The position numbers and the translations under genes are program-made. From NCBI GenBank assembly GCA_036008365.1, contig DASYNV010000097.1, forward strand, positions 1 to 29,958: a stretch of DNA of 29,958 bases, given 5' to 3'. The stretch comes from Steroidobacteraceae bacterium (GTDB taxonomy: Bacteria > Pseudomonadota > Gammaproteobacteria > Steroidobacterales > Steroidobacteraceae). The notes beneath the pieces were generated by a model that searched no databases, was not told where the DNA came from, and was given only the letters and a program-made list of their open reading frames with translations. Below, one piece after another: positions 16,646-25,265 of the stretch (the stretch's first letter is position 1; each line of letters opens with the position of its first letter).

Positions 16646-17974
16646 TCAGGCGGGATTCTCCAGGCTGAAAGCCTGGCGATTGTCGTCGTAGGCGAAGGTT
16701 TCCGCGTAGCGCCCCCAGCTGATGATGGTGCGCAGCGTCTGCTCGGCACCCTCCTCGGCCATGTAGTCCTCGAGCTCGTCGAGGAAGCGGCTCTTGGGGG
16801 CGGTGTGACTGGCGCGCTCATCGAGCACGCGGCGGATGTGCGCGGCGAGCGGTACATAGGTGATGAGGTGACGGGCGAACAGCTTCTTGCGCTCGTCGGT
16901 CTCGCTCTGCGCGAACTGCACTCCGGCTTCCGTGAGCTTGATATCGCCGCCCTCGACCTCGGCGAAGCGCAGCATCTGCAGCGCCTCGGCCGCGGGAAAC
17001 AGGTCGTCGACCTCCAGGTGCTGCTCCTCGGCGATCGCGGGCAGGTCGGCCTTGCCGTTGTACGGCGGCCCGTTCACCGTTTCCATGAGCCCGGTCAGCA
17101 CGTTCGAGGAGACGTGGGTGAGCGTGGTGCCGATGCCCGTGCCCGGGAAGCGCTCGGCCTTAGGTCCCACGCGCGCCTCACCGCCGGGCCTGGCGGTCAT
17201 CTCCACATAGACGCGGTCGATGAGAGCGCGGAAGCGCGGATCATGCGCGTGGCGTGGCTGCGGCAGGTCGACGGCAATCTCACTGACCACCCGCCCGGGG
17301 TTCGTCGAGAAAATCAGCATGCGGTCGCACATCTGCACCGCTTCCTCGATGTTATGGGTCACGAGCAGCACCGCCTTGATCGGCAGTTGCCCCTCTCCCC
17401 AGAGGTCGAGGAAATCGCTGCGCAAGGTCTCCGCGGTGAGCACGTCGAGCGCCGAGAACGGCTCATCCATCAGCAGGATGTTGGGATGCACCACGAGCGC
17501 ACGCGCAAATCCCACCCGCTGCCGCATGCCACCCGAGAGCTCGCGCGGGTAGGCGGACTCGAAGCCGTCGAGACCTATGAGGTCGATCGCCTGCAGCGAG
17601 CGCTTGCGCATCTCGGCCTGCGGGACGCCGAGAGCCTCGAGCCCGAGCTGCACGTTCTCGAGCACCGTGAGCCAGGGGAAGAGCGCGAAGCCCTGGAACA
17701 CCATCGCGATCCCCGAGGCCGGGCCGCGCACCGGGTGGCCCAAATAATTCACCACCCCGTCGGAGGGCTCATCGAGACCGGCGATCGCGCGCAGCAGCGT
17801 GGACTTGCCTGAGCCTGAGCGCCCGAGGAGCCCGACTATCTCCCCGGGGCGCAGTGCCAGGTCGACGTTGTCCAGCACGACGAGCTGATCGCCGTCGGGC
17901 TTGCGGAAGGACTTGCAACAGCTGCGCACCTCGAGGAGTGGCTCGAGGTTGAGCGCGGGAGCGGCTACATTCAT
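16646..17974 (-). CDS. NitT/TauT (nitrate/sulfonate/bicarbonate)-family ABC ATPase with C-terminal AAA-associated domain
   Basis: Walker A GRSGSGKST, signature LSGGMRQR, Walker B ILLMDEPF, H-loop VTHN, plus a ~170 aa C-terminal extension. ATG 17974 with a GAAGGAG RBS. Confidence 0.93.
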   Translation of the reverse strand: MNVAAPALNLEPLLEVRSCCKSFRKPDGDQLVVLDNVDLALRPGEIVGLLGRSGSGKSTLLRAIAGLDEPSDGVVNYLGHPVRGPASGIAMVFQGFALFPWLTVLENVQLGLEALGVPQAEMRKRSLQAIDLIGLDGFESAYPRELSGGMRQRVGFARALVVHPNILLMDEPFSALDVLTAETLRSDFLDLWGEGQLPIKAVLLVTHNIEEAVQMCDRMLIFSTNPGRVVSEIAVDLPQPRHAHDPRFRALIDRVYVEMTARPGGEARVGPKAERFPGTGIGTTLTHVSSNVLTGLMETVNGPPYNGKADLPAIAEEQHLEVDDLFPAAEALQMLRFAEVEGGDIKLTEAGVQFAQSETDERKKLFARHLITYVPLAAHIRRVLDERASHTAPKSRFLDELEDYMAEEGAEQTLRTIISWGRYAETFAYDDNRQAFSLENPA

Positions 17975-17987
17975 CGGCGTCTCTCCT

Positions 17988-19715
17988 TCAGCTGATGCGG
18001 AACTTGCGCTCCGCCCGTGCATACAGCGGGCGCCAGAACACGCGGTTCAAGCTGACCACGAACAGGCTCAGGACCACCGTGCCCAGCACGGTGCGCTGAA
18101 AGTCCCCGGCGGCGGTGGCGTTGGCGATATACGCGCCGAGGCCGTGGGCGGTGAGTTTCTCGTTGCCCCAGCTGGCCACCTCGGCCACGATGCTCGCGTT
18201 CCACGAGCCACCCGAAGCGGTGATCGCTCCGGTCACATAGAACGGAAACACCGCCGGCAGCGCCACCCGACGCCACCACAGCCAGCCGTGCACGCCAAGG
18301 TTGTCGCTGGCGTAGCGCAGATCCGGCGCAATGGCGGAGGCGCCGGCGATCACGTTGAAGAGTATGTACCACTGCGTGCCCAGGATCATGAGCGGACTCA
18401 GCCAGATGTCCGGTGTCAGCTTGAACAGCACGATGCCCGATACCACGATCGGAAACAGCAGATTCGCCGGAAACGCAGCCAGGAACTGCGCGATCGGCTG
18501 CACCAGGCTCGCCACCCGCGGCCGCAGACCCACCCACACCCCGATCGGCACCCAGATGAGGCTGGCGAGCGCAATCAGCACCGCCACGCGCGTCAGCGTG
18601 ATCAACCCGAGCAGCAGCACGTGGCCGATCTCCGCCAACCGCACTTCCTCCTGCACGAAGTGCAGGGTCTTCGATAGTGCCGCGAGCCCGATGAGCAGCA
18701 GCAAGCCGTACCAGGCATAGTCGAACAGGCGCGATCGCCACACGCTCACGGGATGCTCGGCGTCGGTCGCCGTCGGCCGGCGCGGCTTCATGCCGGCGCG
18801 CAGCAGGGCGGCAAAGGCACGGCTGACCAGGCCGAACAGGCGCGAGCGGCGCATCATGGTGAGCGCCCAGGAGCCGCTTTGAGTCAAGCCCGCCTCCTGC
18901 TCCAGGCGGAACCAGTCGGCGCTCGCCGTCAGCGGGCGGAACAGCAGCTGGTCGAAGGCGAGGATCACCACAGCCATCGCCGCAATCGCCCAGCCGATGG
19001 CGGCGAGGTTCTTCTGCTCGATGGCGAGGGCGATGTAGGAACCCACGCCCGGCAGCGTGATCGTGGTGTTGCCGACGCTGATGGCCTCCGAGACCGTCAC
19101 GAAGAACCAGCCTCCGGACATGGACATCATCATGTTCCAGATGAGCGCCGGCATGCCGAACGGCACTTCCAGGCGCCAGAAGCGCATCCACGGATTGAGC
19201 TGGAAGTTGCGCGCCACCTCCACCAGCTCGTCCGGGATGCTGCGCAGCGAGTGGTAGAAGCTGAACGCCATGTTCCATGCCTGGCTGGTGAAGATCAGGA
19301 AGATGGCGGCCAGCTCTGCGCCCGCCACCCGTCCGGGCGTGAGCTGCAGGAAAAACAGGATGGTGAGCGAGAAACTCAGGATCGGCACCGACTGCAGGAA
19401 GTCGAGCAGCGGCACCAGGATCACTTCGGCGCGGTGGCTCTTGGCGGCGAGGGTCGCGTAGCTGAAGGTGAAAATGAGCGAGCACAGCATCGCGATCAGC
19501 ATGCGCAGCGCCGTGCGTGCGCTATAACCGATGAGCGCCGCGGGTTTGAGCGAGATGGGTGTCGCCTGCAGGTGCGCGAGCGAACCGACGAGCCCATGCG
19601 CGGCCTGCGCGGCGTAGACGAAGAACGCGAACACCAGCACGAAGGCGAGCACATCCCAACCGCCGGGCACGTAGCGGGTGCGCAGTACTGAGATCGGCAG
19701 GCGGTCGAGACGCAT
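17988..19715 (-). CDS. ABC transporter permease with two fused binding-protein-dependent TM domains
   Basis: 575 aa; duplicated halves each with an EAA-like loop (SLRSIPDELVEVARNF / ASAIAPDLRYASDNL); adjacent to its ATPase. Confidence 0.92.
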   Translation of the reverse strand: MRLDRLPISVLRTRYVPGGWDVLAFVLVFAFFVYAAQAAHGLVGSLAHLQATPISLKPAALIGYSARTALRMLIAMLCSLIFTFSYATLAAKSHRAEVILVPLLDFLQSVPILSFSLTILFFLQLTPGRVAGAELAAIFLIFTSQAWNMAFSFYHSLRSIPDELVEVARNFQLNPWMRFWRLEVPFGMPALIWNMMMSMSGGWFFVTVSEAISVGNTTITLPGVGSYIALAIEQKNLAAIGWAIAAMAVVILAFDQLLFRPLTASADWFRLEQEAGLTQSGSWALTMMRRSRLFGLVSRAFAALLRAGMKPRRPTATDAEHPVSVWRSRLFDYAWYGLLLLIGLAALSKTLHFVQEEVRLAEIGHVLLLGLITLTRVAVLIALASLIWVPIGVWVGLRPRVASLVQPIAQFLAAFPANLLFPIVVSGIVLFKLTPDIWLSPLMILGTQWYILFNVIAGASAIAPDLRYASDNLGVHGWLWWRRVALPAVFPFYVTGAITASGGSWNASIVAEVASWGNEKLTAHGLGAYIANATAAGDFQRTVLGTVVLSLFVVSLNRVFWRPLYARAERKFRIS

Positions 19716-19827
19716 CCGCCGGAGTTTGCCCGAAGGCGGTGACTATTGGCACCGGCGCAACAGCGCGCGGCGGCCTCAGCCTGCGCGCCGTGCAAAGCAC
19801 GGCGTGACTGTCGTACGATACTTTCCC

Positions 19828-20256
19828 ATGAACGCCATATTGCTCCGGGCGGCCACCGCCGCCACCGCCGCACTGGTTATGGCCGGCCTCGTGCACGCCC
19901 AAAACCAGCAGACCCCCGACACCCAGAACGGCCTGAAGGAAAAGATCGCGACCGCCGGGCACGACGTGAGCCAGGACGCCAAGACCGCCGGACACGAGAT
20001 CGCCGCGAAATCCCGCGAGGCGGGACAGCAGATCGCCGCCAAGTCGCGCGAGGCCGGACACGCCATCGCCACGGACACCAGGTCCGCCGCCGAGACCGTG
20101 CGCGCCGACTCGAAGAAGGCGGGTCAGGCGATCGAGCACGGTGCCAGGACGGCCGGCACCAAAGTCAAGGAGGGAGCGGACAAGGCCAAGACCGCCGTGA
20201 CGCACAAGCCGGCCGACACCGGGGCCACGAGCAGCGCGCCCGCGCCCAAGGACTGA
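19828..20256 (+). CDS. Secreted protein of 11-residue amphipathic repeats (LEA group 3/apolipoprotein-like pattern)
   Basis: Signal peptide ending GLVHA; eight consecutive 11-mers (KIATAGHDVSQ DAKTAGHEIAA KSREAGQQIAA KSREAGHAIAT DTRSAAETVRA DSKKAGQAIEH GARTAGTKVKE GADKAKTAVTH); strong GC3 codon bias. Confidence 0.8.
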   Translation: MNAILLRAATAATAALVMAGLVHAQNQQTPDTQNGLKEKIATAGHDVSQDAKTAGHEIAAKSREAGQQIAAKSREAGHAIATDTRSAAETVRADSKKAGQAIEHGARTAGTKVKEGADKAKTAVTHKPADTGATSSAPAPKD

Positions 20257-20279
20257 CCGGCCCACGCTCACCCAGCGCG

Positions 20280-21320
20280 ATGCGCCCGTCACGCGGCCTG
20301 CATCTCGATTACGTCTCACCGGGCGAATTCCAGACGGCCGGGTGGCCGGACGTGTTGGGCGTGGCCGCCTTCAACGGGGCGGCCGCGGCGCCGCCCGCGC
20401 CGGGCGCCGGCGAGATCCCCGTGGCTCGTGTCCACATGCCGATGCTGTCGGCCGGCCCGGGGCTCTACGAGGTGTGGCGCTGCGGCGAGGCCGCGGCGTC
20501 GGGGCAGCGCCACCGGGTACGCTTCCGCTGCACCGAGAACATGTTGTTCGGCTGCATCAGCGTCAGCGAGGCAACGGCGCGCGGCGCCACCGACGCGGCG
20601 CACTCGCCGTTGCACCAGGCCACGAGCCAGGCGTACCGCGAGATCTGCGCCACCATCGACACCGAGAATTACCCGCACCTGCTGCGGATCTGGAACTACC
20701 TGCCCGACATCAACCGCGCTTCGCACGGCAGCGAGCGCTACCGGCAGTTCAACAGCGCGCGCCAGCAGGCGCTGCGCGACAGCGGCCGGGCACTCAGCGG
20801 CAACGTGCCGGCGGCGTCCGCGCTCGGCGCGGCGCCTGACAGCCCGCTGCTGGTGTATTTCCTCGCCGGGCGCACGCCGCCGACGTTCGTGGAGAACCCG
20901 CGGCAGGTGAGCGCCTATCACTACCCGCCGCAGTACGGCGCGCACAGCCCGGTGTTCTCGCGTGCCACGCTGCTGCGTCAGCCGGGGAGCGTGACACTGT
21001 TCATCTCCGGCACGGCGAGTATCGTCGGGCACCGCTCACTGCACGTCGGCGACACCGCAGCGCAGACCCGCGAGACGCTCGCCAACATCGAGGCGCTGCT
21101 CGCCGAGGCCAACCGCGCGGCACCGGAAGCGCGCTTTACTCCCGGCGCGCTCGCCTGCAAGGTGTACGTGCGCCGCCCTGCGGATCTGCCCATCATCCGC
21201 AGGGAGCTCACGGCGAAGCTCGGCGCGCAGGCGCGCGTCGTCTATCTGCAGGCGGACATCTGCCGTCAGGACCTGCTGGTGGAGATTGAAGCGACCGCCA
21301 CCGGCCCGCTGGCTTCCTGA
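20280..21320 (+). CDS. FkbO/Hyg5/XanB2-family chorismatase (often annotated as pteridine-dependent deoxygenase-like)
   Basis: LLRIWNYLPDIN, ERYRQFN, ENPRQVSAYHYP.QYG.HSP.FSRA, FISGTASIVGH and DICRQDLLVEIEA motifs. ATG 20280; the ORF-track 5' extension overlaps the upstream gene out of frame. Confidence 0.87.
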   Translation: MRPSRGLHLDYVSPGEFQTAGWPDVLGVAAFNGAAAAPPAPGAGEIPVARVHMPMLSAGPGLYEVWRCGEAAASGQRHRVRFRCTENMLFGCISVSEATARGATDAAHSPLHQATSQAYREICATIDTENYPHLLRIWNYLPDINRASHGSERYRQFNSARQQALRDSGRALSGNVPAASALGAAPDSPLLVYFLAGRTPPTFVENPRQVSAYHYPPQYGAHSPVFSRATLLRQPGSVTLFISGTASIVGHRSLHVGDTAAQTRETLANIEALLAEANRAAPEARFTPGALACKVYVRRPADLPIIRRELTAKLGAQARVVYLQADICRQDLLVEIEATATGPLAS

Positions 21321-21347
21321 AGGCATGCGGCCCTCCGACGGCGAATC

Positions 21348-22184
21348 ATGCGCAGCGCCCGCCTCTTTCCGGCGCTGCTGACGGCCGCGCTCGCCGCGGC
21401 AGCGGCCGCTGCGGCGCACGCCGAGGAGAAGCCGCTGTGGGAGCTCGGACTCGGCGCGGGATTTCTCGCCTTCAACGACTACCGCGGCTCGGCGACCACC
21501 CACGTCTATCCGGTGCCCGTGCCCTACTTCGTCTATCGGGGCACGTTCCTCAAGTCCGATCGCGACGGTCTGCGCGGCCTGTTTCTCAACCAGACGCGCG
21601 TCGAGCTCAGTCTGAGCGTCAACGCCACCACCCCGGTACACAACGACTCCGCCCGGCATGGCATGCCGGACCTGCGGCCGACACTCGAGTTAGGTCCCGA
21701 ACTCGACGTGCACCTGTGGCGCAGCGCCGATGAGCGTTGCAAGCTCGACCTGCGCCTGCCGGCGCGCGCCGCCTTCACCATCGAAGCCGCGCCGCACCTG
21801 GTCGGTATGTTCATCGCGCCCAACGTGAGCCTGGACATCGCGCAGTTCCGTGGCGAGCATGGCTGGAAACTCGGCTTGCTCGGCGGCCCGTTGTTCGCCA
21901 ATCAGCGCTACGACAACTACTTCTATACGGTGGCCCCGCAATACGCGAGCGCCGGCCGGCCGGCGTTTGCAGCGCAGGGCGGCTATGCCGGCGCGCAGGT
22001 GCTCGCCGCCCTGACGCGACGCTATCCCCGCTGGTGGATCGGCGCCTACGTGCGCCACGATACGCTCGGCGGAGCGAGCTTCGCGGCCAGCCCGCTGGTG
22101 AAGCGCGACAGCTACTGGTCGGCGGGGCTCGGCGTCGCCTGGCTCATCCGCCAGTCGACGCAGCTCGTCGAAAGCGCGGAGTGA
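21348..22184 (+). CDS. MipA/OmpV-family outer-membrane beta-barrel protein
   Basis: Signal peptide ending AAHA; LWELGLGAG..DYRGS....YP.P.PYFVYRG, GMPDLRPTLELGP and terminal strand YWSAGLGVAWL. Confidence 0.85.
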   Translation: MRSARLFPALLTAALAAAAAAAAHAEEKPLWELGLGAGFLAFNDYRGSATTHVYPVPVPYFVYRGTFLKSDRDGLRGLFLNQTRVELSLSVNATTPVHNDSARHGMPDLRPTLELGPELDVHLWRSADERCKLDLRLPARAAFTIEAAPHLVGMFIAPNVSLDIAQFRGEHGWKLGLLGGPLFANQRYDNYFYTVAPQYASAGRPAFAAQGGYAGAQVLAALTRRYPRWWIGAYVRHDTLGGASFAASPLVKRDSYWSAGLGVAWLIRQSTQLVESAE

Positions 22185-22996
22185 GCCCTTCCGCCACGCA
22201 CCTGGTGCTGATCCCGAGTTACAACCCGGGCGCACGCGCAGTGGCTACGGTGCGTGCGGCGCGTGCCAACTGGGACCCGGTATGGGTGGTGGTCGACGGC
22301 AGCACCGACGGCAGCGCCGCGACCCTCACCGCGCTCGCCCGTAGCGATCCATCGCTGCGGGTGCTGGTGCGCACGCATAACGGTGGCAAGGGCGCGGCGC
22401 TGCTGGATGGACTGAGCGAGGCGCAGCGCGCCGGGTTTACCCACGTGCTCACCATGGATGCCGACGGCCAGCACCCGGCCGAGCGCATCGGCGCCTTCAT
22501 GCAGGCCTCGCTGGCGGCGCCTGCGGCCATGATCCTCGGCGACCCGGTGTTCGATGCGAGCGTGCCGCTCATCCGCCTGCGCGGCCGCCGCATCTCCAAT
22601 TGGTGGACCAACCTCCTGACGCTGTGGGTCGGCATCCACGACACCCTGTTCGGCTTTCGCGTCTACCCGATCGCACCGCTGCTCGCGATCATGCAGCGCA
22701 GCCGCTGGATGCGGCATTTCGATTTCGACGCCGAGGCGGTGGTGCGGCTCGCGTGGCGCGGCGTGCCGGTGATCAACCTGGCGGCGCCGGTGAAGTACTT
22801 CAGCGCCGCCCAGGGCGGCGTATCGCACTTCCACTACGGGCGCGACAACCTGCTGCTCACTTCGATGTACCTGCGGCTGATCGCCGGATTCCTGGTGCGG
22901 CTGCCGATGCTGATTGCGCGGCGCACCGGGCGGCCGGCGGGAGATCATCGCGGCGATCGCAATACCCCCACCGCGCCAAACACTAAAGATTTATAG
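22181..22996 (+). CDS. GT2 glycosyltransferase of the type found in aryl-polyene/xanthomonadin-like loci
   Basis: GTG 22181 overlaps the MipA stop (GTGA); LIPSYN, VVVDGSTDG, GKGAA, TMDADGQH, FGFRVYP, FDFDAE and GGVSHF.Y.RDN motifs. Confidence 0.85.
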   Translation: MSPSATHLVLIPSYNPGARAVATVRAARANWDPVWVVVDGSTDGSAATLTALARSDPSLRVLVRTHNGGKGAALLDGLSEAQRAGFTHVLTMDADGQHPAERIGAFMQASLAAPAAMILGDPVFDASVPLIRLRGRRISNWWTNLLTLWVGIHDTLFGFRVYPIAPLLAIMQRSRWMRHFDFDAEAVVRLAWRGVPVINLAAPVKYFSAAQGGVSHFHYGRDNLLLTSMYLRLIAGFLVRLPMLIARRTGRPAGDHRGDRNTPTAPNTKDL

Positions 22997-24086
22997 GACC
23001 GTCGCCATCTGCGCGAGTGAAATGCATCCGCGTGCCGGCAGCGCGTGCGGCGAGCGGCGGTGACAGCGCCAGGACGAAGTTTGACGGGCCCTGAAGAAAC
23101 CCCTGGCGGCGCAGGGCCGAAATCCAGGCGGGATGAGACTGGTTGCTGACCAGCAGATCGCAGTTCTCCGCCTCCAGGCGTTGGCAGGCTGCGGCCGTCA
23201 CCCAGGGCACGTCCACGGGAGCCGCCAGTCCGTCGACGACGCATCCGAGCGTCATGTTGCCGAATTGCGCATGGTTCTCGAGGCGCGACATGCTCGACAC
23301 CACCCAGCCGATGAGCTTTCCGGACCGGTGAAGGACCAGCCGCGAGAGCTTCGCCTCGCTCGCGGGCAGTTTCTGCTGCATGGCCGCGGCGCGACGATCA
23401 CTCAACAGGCCGTAATCATCACGGACGCGCCCGAACAGCCCGTCGATCTCCGCGGGCAGATCGGCTAGCTCGGCGACGGCAAGATCGGGCGGCAGCTTCA
23501 CACCAAACGCTGCACGGCGCAGGCGCCCCAGGACCGTAACGGCAGCCAGAACTCCGCTGACGCGCGACAGATCGAGCAGAACCCGTAGCGAGCGACGCTC
23601 GCGTAGCCAGCGGATCTCACGCGTGAAGGGACCGGCCCGTTCGATGCGGAACAGGAACGGCACGCGGGAAACTGACCACCCGAGGCGCTGCAGGAGCCGC
23701 GGAAGCGGCCGCGCGGTGCTCCCCATGCCCAGGCAGTAAAGGCACGGCTGCCGGGCGATCGCGTCCTTGATGAGCTGCACGCCGACAATCGAATAGCTGC
23801 GGTCGATGATCCCCTCCGACAGCGGCAATTGATAATTGCCCGCCGCAAAACCGGCTCCCGCGGCGAAGAACTGCTCACTCTTTAGTATGTAGCCGCCGTG
23901 CACCGCGCTCCCGTCGGTCAGCACATAGGCCGTCTGCCAGGGTACCTCGACCCCCGGCACCCGCTGCATCAGCTCGGCGCGCCCGACCGGAAAGGCGAAG
24001 CTCACCCCCGCTCCTGCAAGGCGAGAGTTGAACGCGCGGATGGCGCTCTCGTCCTCCGCAGCCAGCTCGCGAATCGAGACCGACAT
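22983..24086 (-). CDS. Hypothetical protein, possible GNAT/FemAB-like acyltransferase fold
   Basis: 367 aa; ATG overlaps the upstream stop (TGATG); good codon bias; alpha/beta pattern (MSVSIRELAAEDESAIRAFN, GCVVDGLAAP, AACQRLEAENCDLL). Coding is well supported; the function is inference only. Confidence 0.65.
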   Translation of the reverse strand: MSVSIRELAAEDESAIRAFNSRLAGAGVSFAFPVGRAELMQRVPGVEVPWQTAYVLTDGSAVHGGYILKSEQFFAAGAGFAAGNYQLPLSEGIIDRSYSIVGVQLIKDAIARQPCLYCLGMGSTARPLPRLLQRLGWSVSRVPFLFRIERAGPFTREIRWLRERRSLRVLLDLSRVSGVLAAVTVLGRLRRAAFGVKLPPDLAVAELADLPAEIDGLFGRVRDDYGLLSDRRAAAMQQKLPASEAKLSRLVLHRSGKLIGWVVSSMSRLENHAQFGNMTLGCVVDGLAAPVDVPWVTAAACQRLEAENCDLLVSNQSHPAWISALRRQGFLQGPSNFVLALSPPLAARAAGTRMHFTRADGDGPINL

Positions 24087-25024
24087 CAGGTTCTGCCCGC
24101 GGCCAGCTTGTGCGCAAACCAGCGCCATTCCAGGCTGCGGCGCTGCGCCGCAGCGAGCGTGGTCACACCGCGCTGCGAGCGGATGTGATCGAGCAGACGC
24201 GATACAGGCACGAACCAGCCGTTCTTGCCCGCGAGACGGCGCAGCAGCCGCGCAAAGCGCGGCTCGACCTGCTGGCCCTGCTGAAACCCCGCGCCCAGGT
24301 GCGTGTAGACGATGCAGGCTCCGCCCGATTCCTCGAGCCGGTCCTGGTTGCGCTCGCTGAGGAGCCGCAGGCAACTCGGCAGAATCTGTCCGTTGGAGGC
24401 CGCATACCATGCCTGCACGAAGGGGCGCAGCGGATCGTGATAGGGCATCATCGGGCAGGCCGCGAGCGTATCAATCTCACCGAATACAAAGTTGCGGACG
24501 TAACGAATGCGCTGCTGGCACAGATCGCCCCAGAAATAGGGTGATCCAGGCAGATGTCCCTGATGGGGATTCGGCCCGAAGCGGCGCAGCGAGGCACGGT
24601 AGAGCATCCTGACCGCGCCCGAGACGCGGTCGTGGCCCCAGTAGATGCCTTCGCTGGACTCCGCATGATTCGCCATGCTGGAAGGGTAAGCGCCGAACAG
24701 CTGCCGGAAGTGCTCCAGCGCCTGCTCGATGCGCTGACGGGGCAGCCCGGCGAAGTACGAGTTGTGGTATCCGATCTCGAACCCCGACTGCTGCAGGCGC
24801 AGCACCGTCTGCAGGTATGCCGTGTCGTCGCAGGTCGAGCCGTGCGCGCTGCGCGCCTGCAGGTCAGCGCCGGTTGCCGGCCATACCGACTTGGTGGTGC
24901 GCATGCCGAGCGTGCCCAGCAGATCGTAGACGCCCTCGAAGTTACCCGGAACGGTCAGGTCCGTGTCGTCAAATACGGAAAATGCGAACCGCTTGCCGTC
25001 CGGCCACGAGATGCGCGTGCTCAT
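24086..25024 (-). CDS. Glycoside hydrolase/deacetylase-barrel (NodB-like) protein
   Basis: N-terminal WPDGKRFAFSVFDDTD (acidic pair after beta-1, as in CE4 motif 1), FEIGYHNS, late YTHLG. ATG 25024 overlaps the ACP stop (ATGA). Confidence 0.7.
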   Translation of the reverse strand: MSTRISWPDGKRFAFSVFDDTDLTVPGNFEGVYDLLGTLGMRTTKSVWPATGADLQARSAHGSTCDDTAYLQTVLRLQQSGFEIGYHNSYFAGLPRQRIEQALEHFRQLFGAYPSSMANHAESSEGIYWGHDRVSGAVRMLYRASLRRFGPNPHQGHLPGSPYFWGDLCQQRIRYVRNFVFGEIDTLAACPMMPYHDPLRPFVQAWYAASNGQILPSCLRLLSERNQDRLEESGGACIVYTHLGAGFQQGQQVEPRFARLLRRLAGKNGWFVPVSRLLDHIRSQRGVTTLAAAQRRSLEWRWFAHKLAAGRT

Positions 25025-25254
25025 CCGGTCCGTTCTAACCAGTTGCGCAGCTCCGGCAGCGACGTCAGTGTCGCCATGTCGTCGAGGCCGAAACGCACGC
25101 CGAACTCCTTCTCGAGATCGGACAGCACATCGAGGTGCGCAACGGAGTCCCACTGTTCGACGTCGCCGATGCGCAGGTCCGGCCGATACTCGCCGCTACG
25201 CAGCCGCAACGACCTGATGATGCACTCGCGGAATCTCGACTCGTCGACGGTCAT
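25021..25254 (-). CDS. Stand-alone acyl carrier protein
   Basis: 77 aa; QWDSVAHLDVLSDLEKEFGVRF with the phosphopantetheine Ser in WDS; RBS GAAGGG before ATG 25254. Confidence 0.9.
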   Translation of the reverse strand: MTVDESRFRECIIRSLRLRSGEYRPDLRIGDVEQWDSVAHLDVLSDLEKEFGVRFGLDDMATLTSLPELRNWLERTG

Positions 25255-25265
25255 TGGCTTTCCCT

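Noticed and set aside
15785-17812. 675-aa plus-strand ORF
   Set aside because: Antisense shadow of the response regulator and ABC ATPase. No motifs, and it reads like reverse-complement GC3-biased code.
17971-19485. 504-aa minus-strand alternative-frame ORF overlapping the permease
   Set aside because: Same-strand frame shadow with Arg/Ala/Pro-rich nonsense composition; the permease frame has clear TM and EAA-like motifs.
19960-20200. CRISPR-like or VNTR interpretation of the 33-bp periodicity
   Set aside because: The repeats are degenerate, in frame and protein-coding, with no constant repeat/unique spacer structure and no cas genes.
19746-20279. N-terminal 178-aa extension of the chorismatase ORF
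   Set aside because: It overlaps the 11-mer-repeat gene out of frame and has no domain features; family homology starts after ATG 20280.
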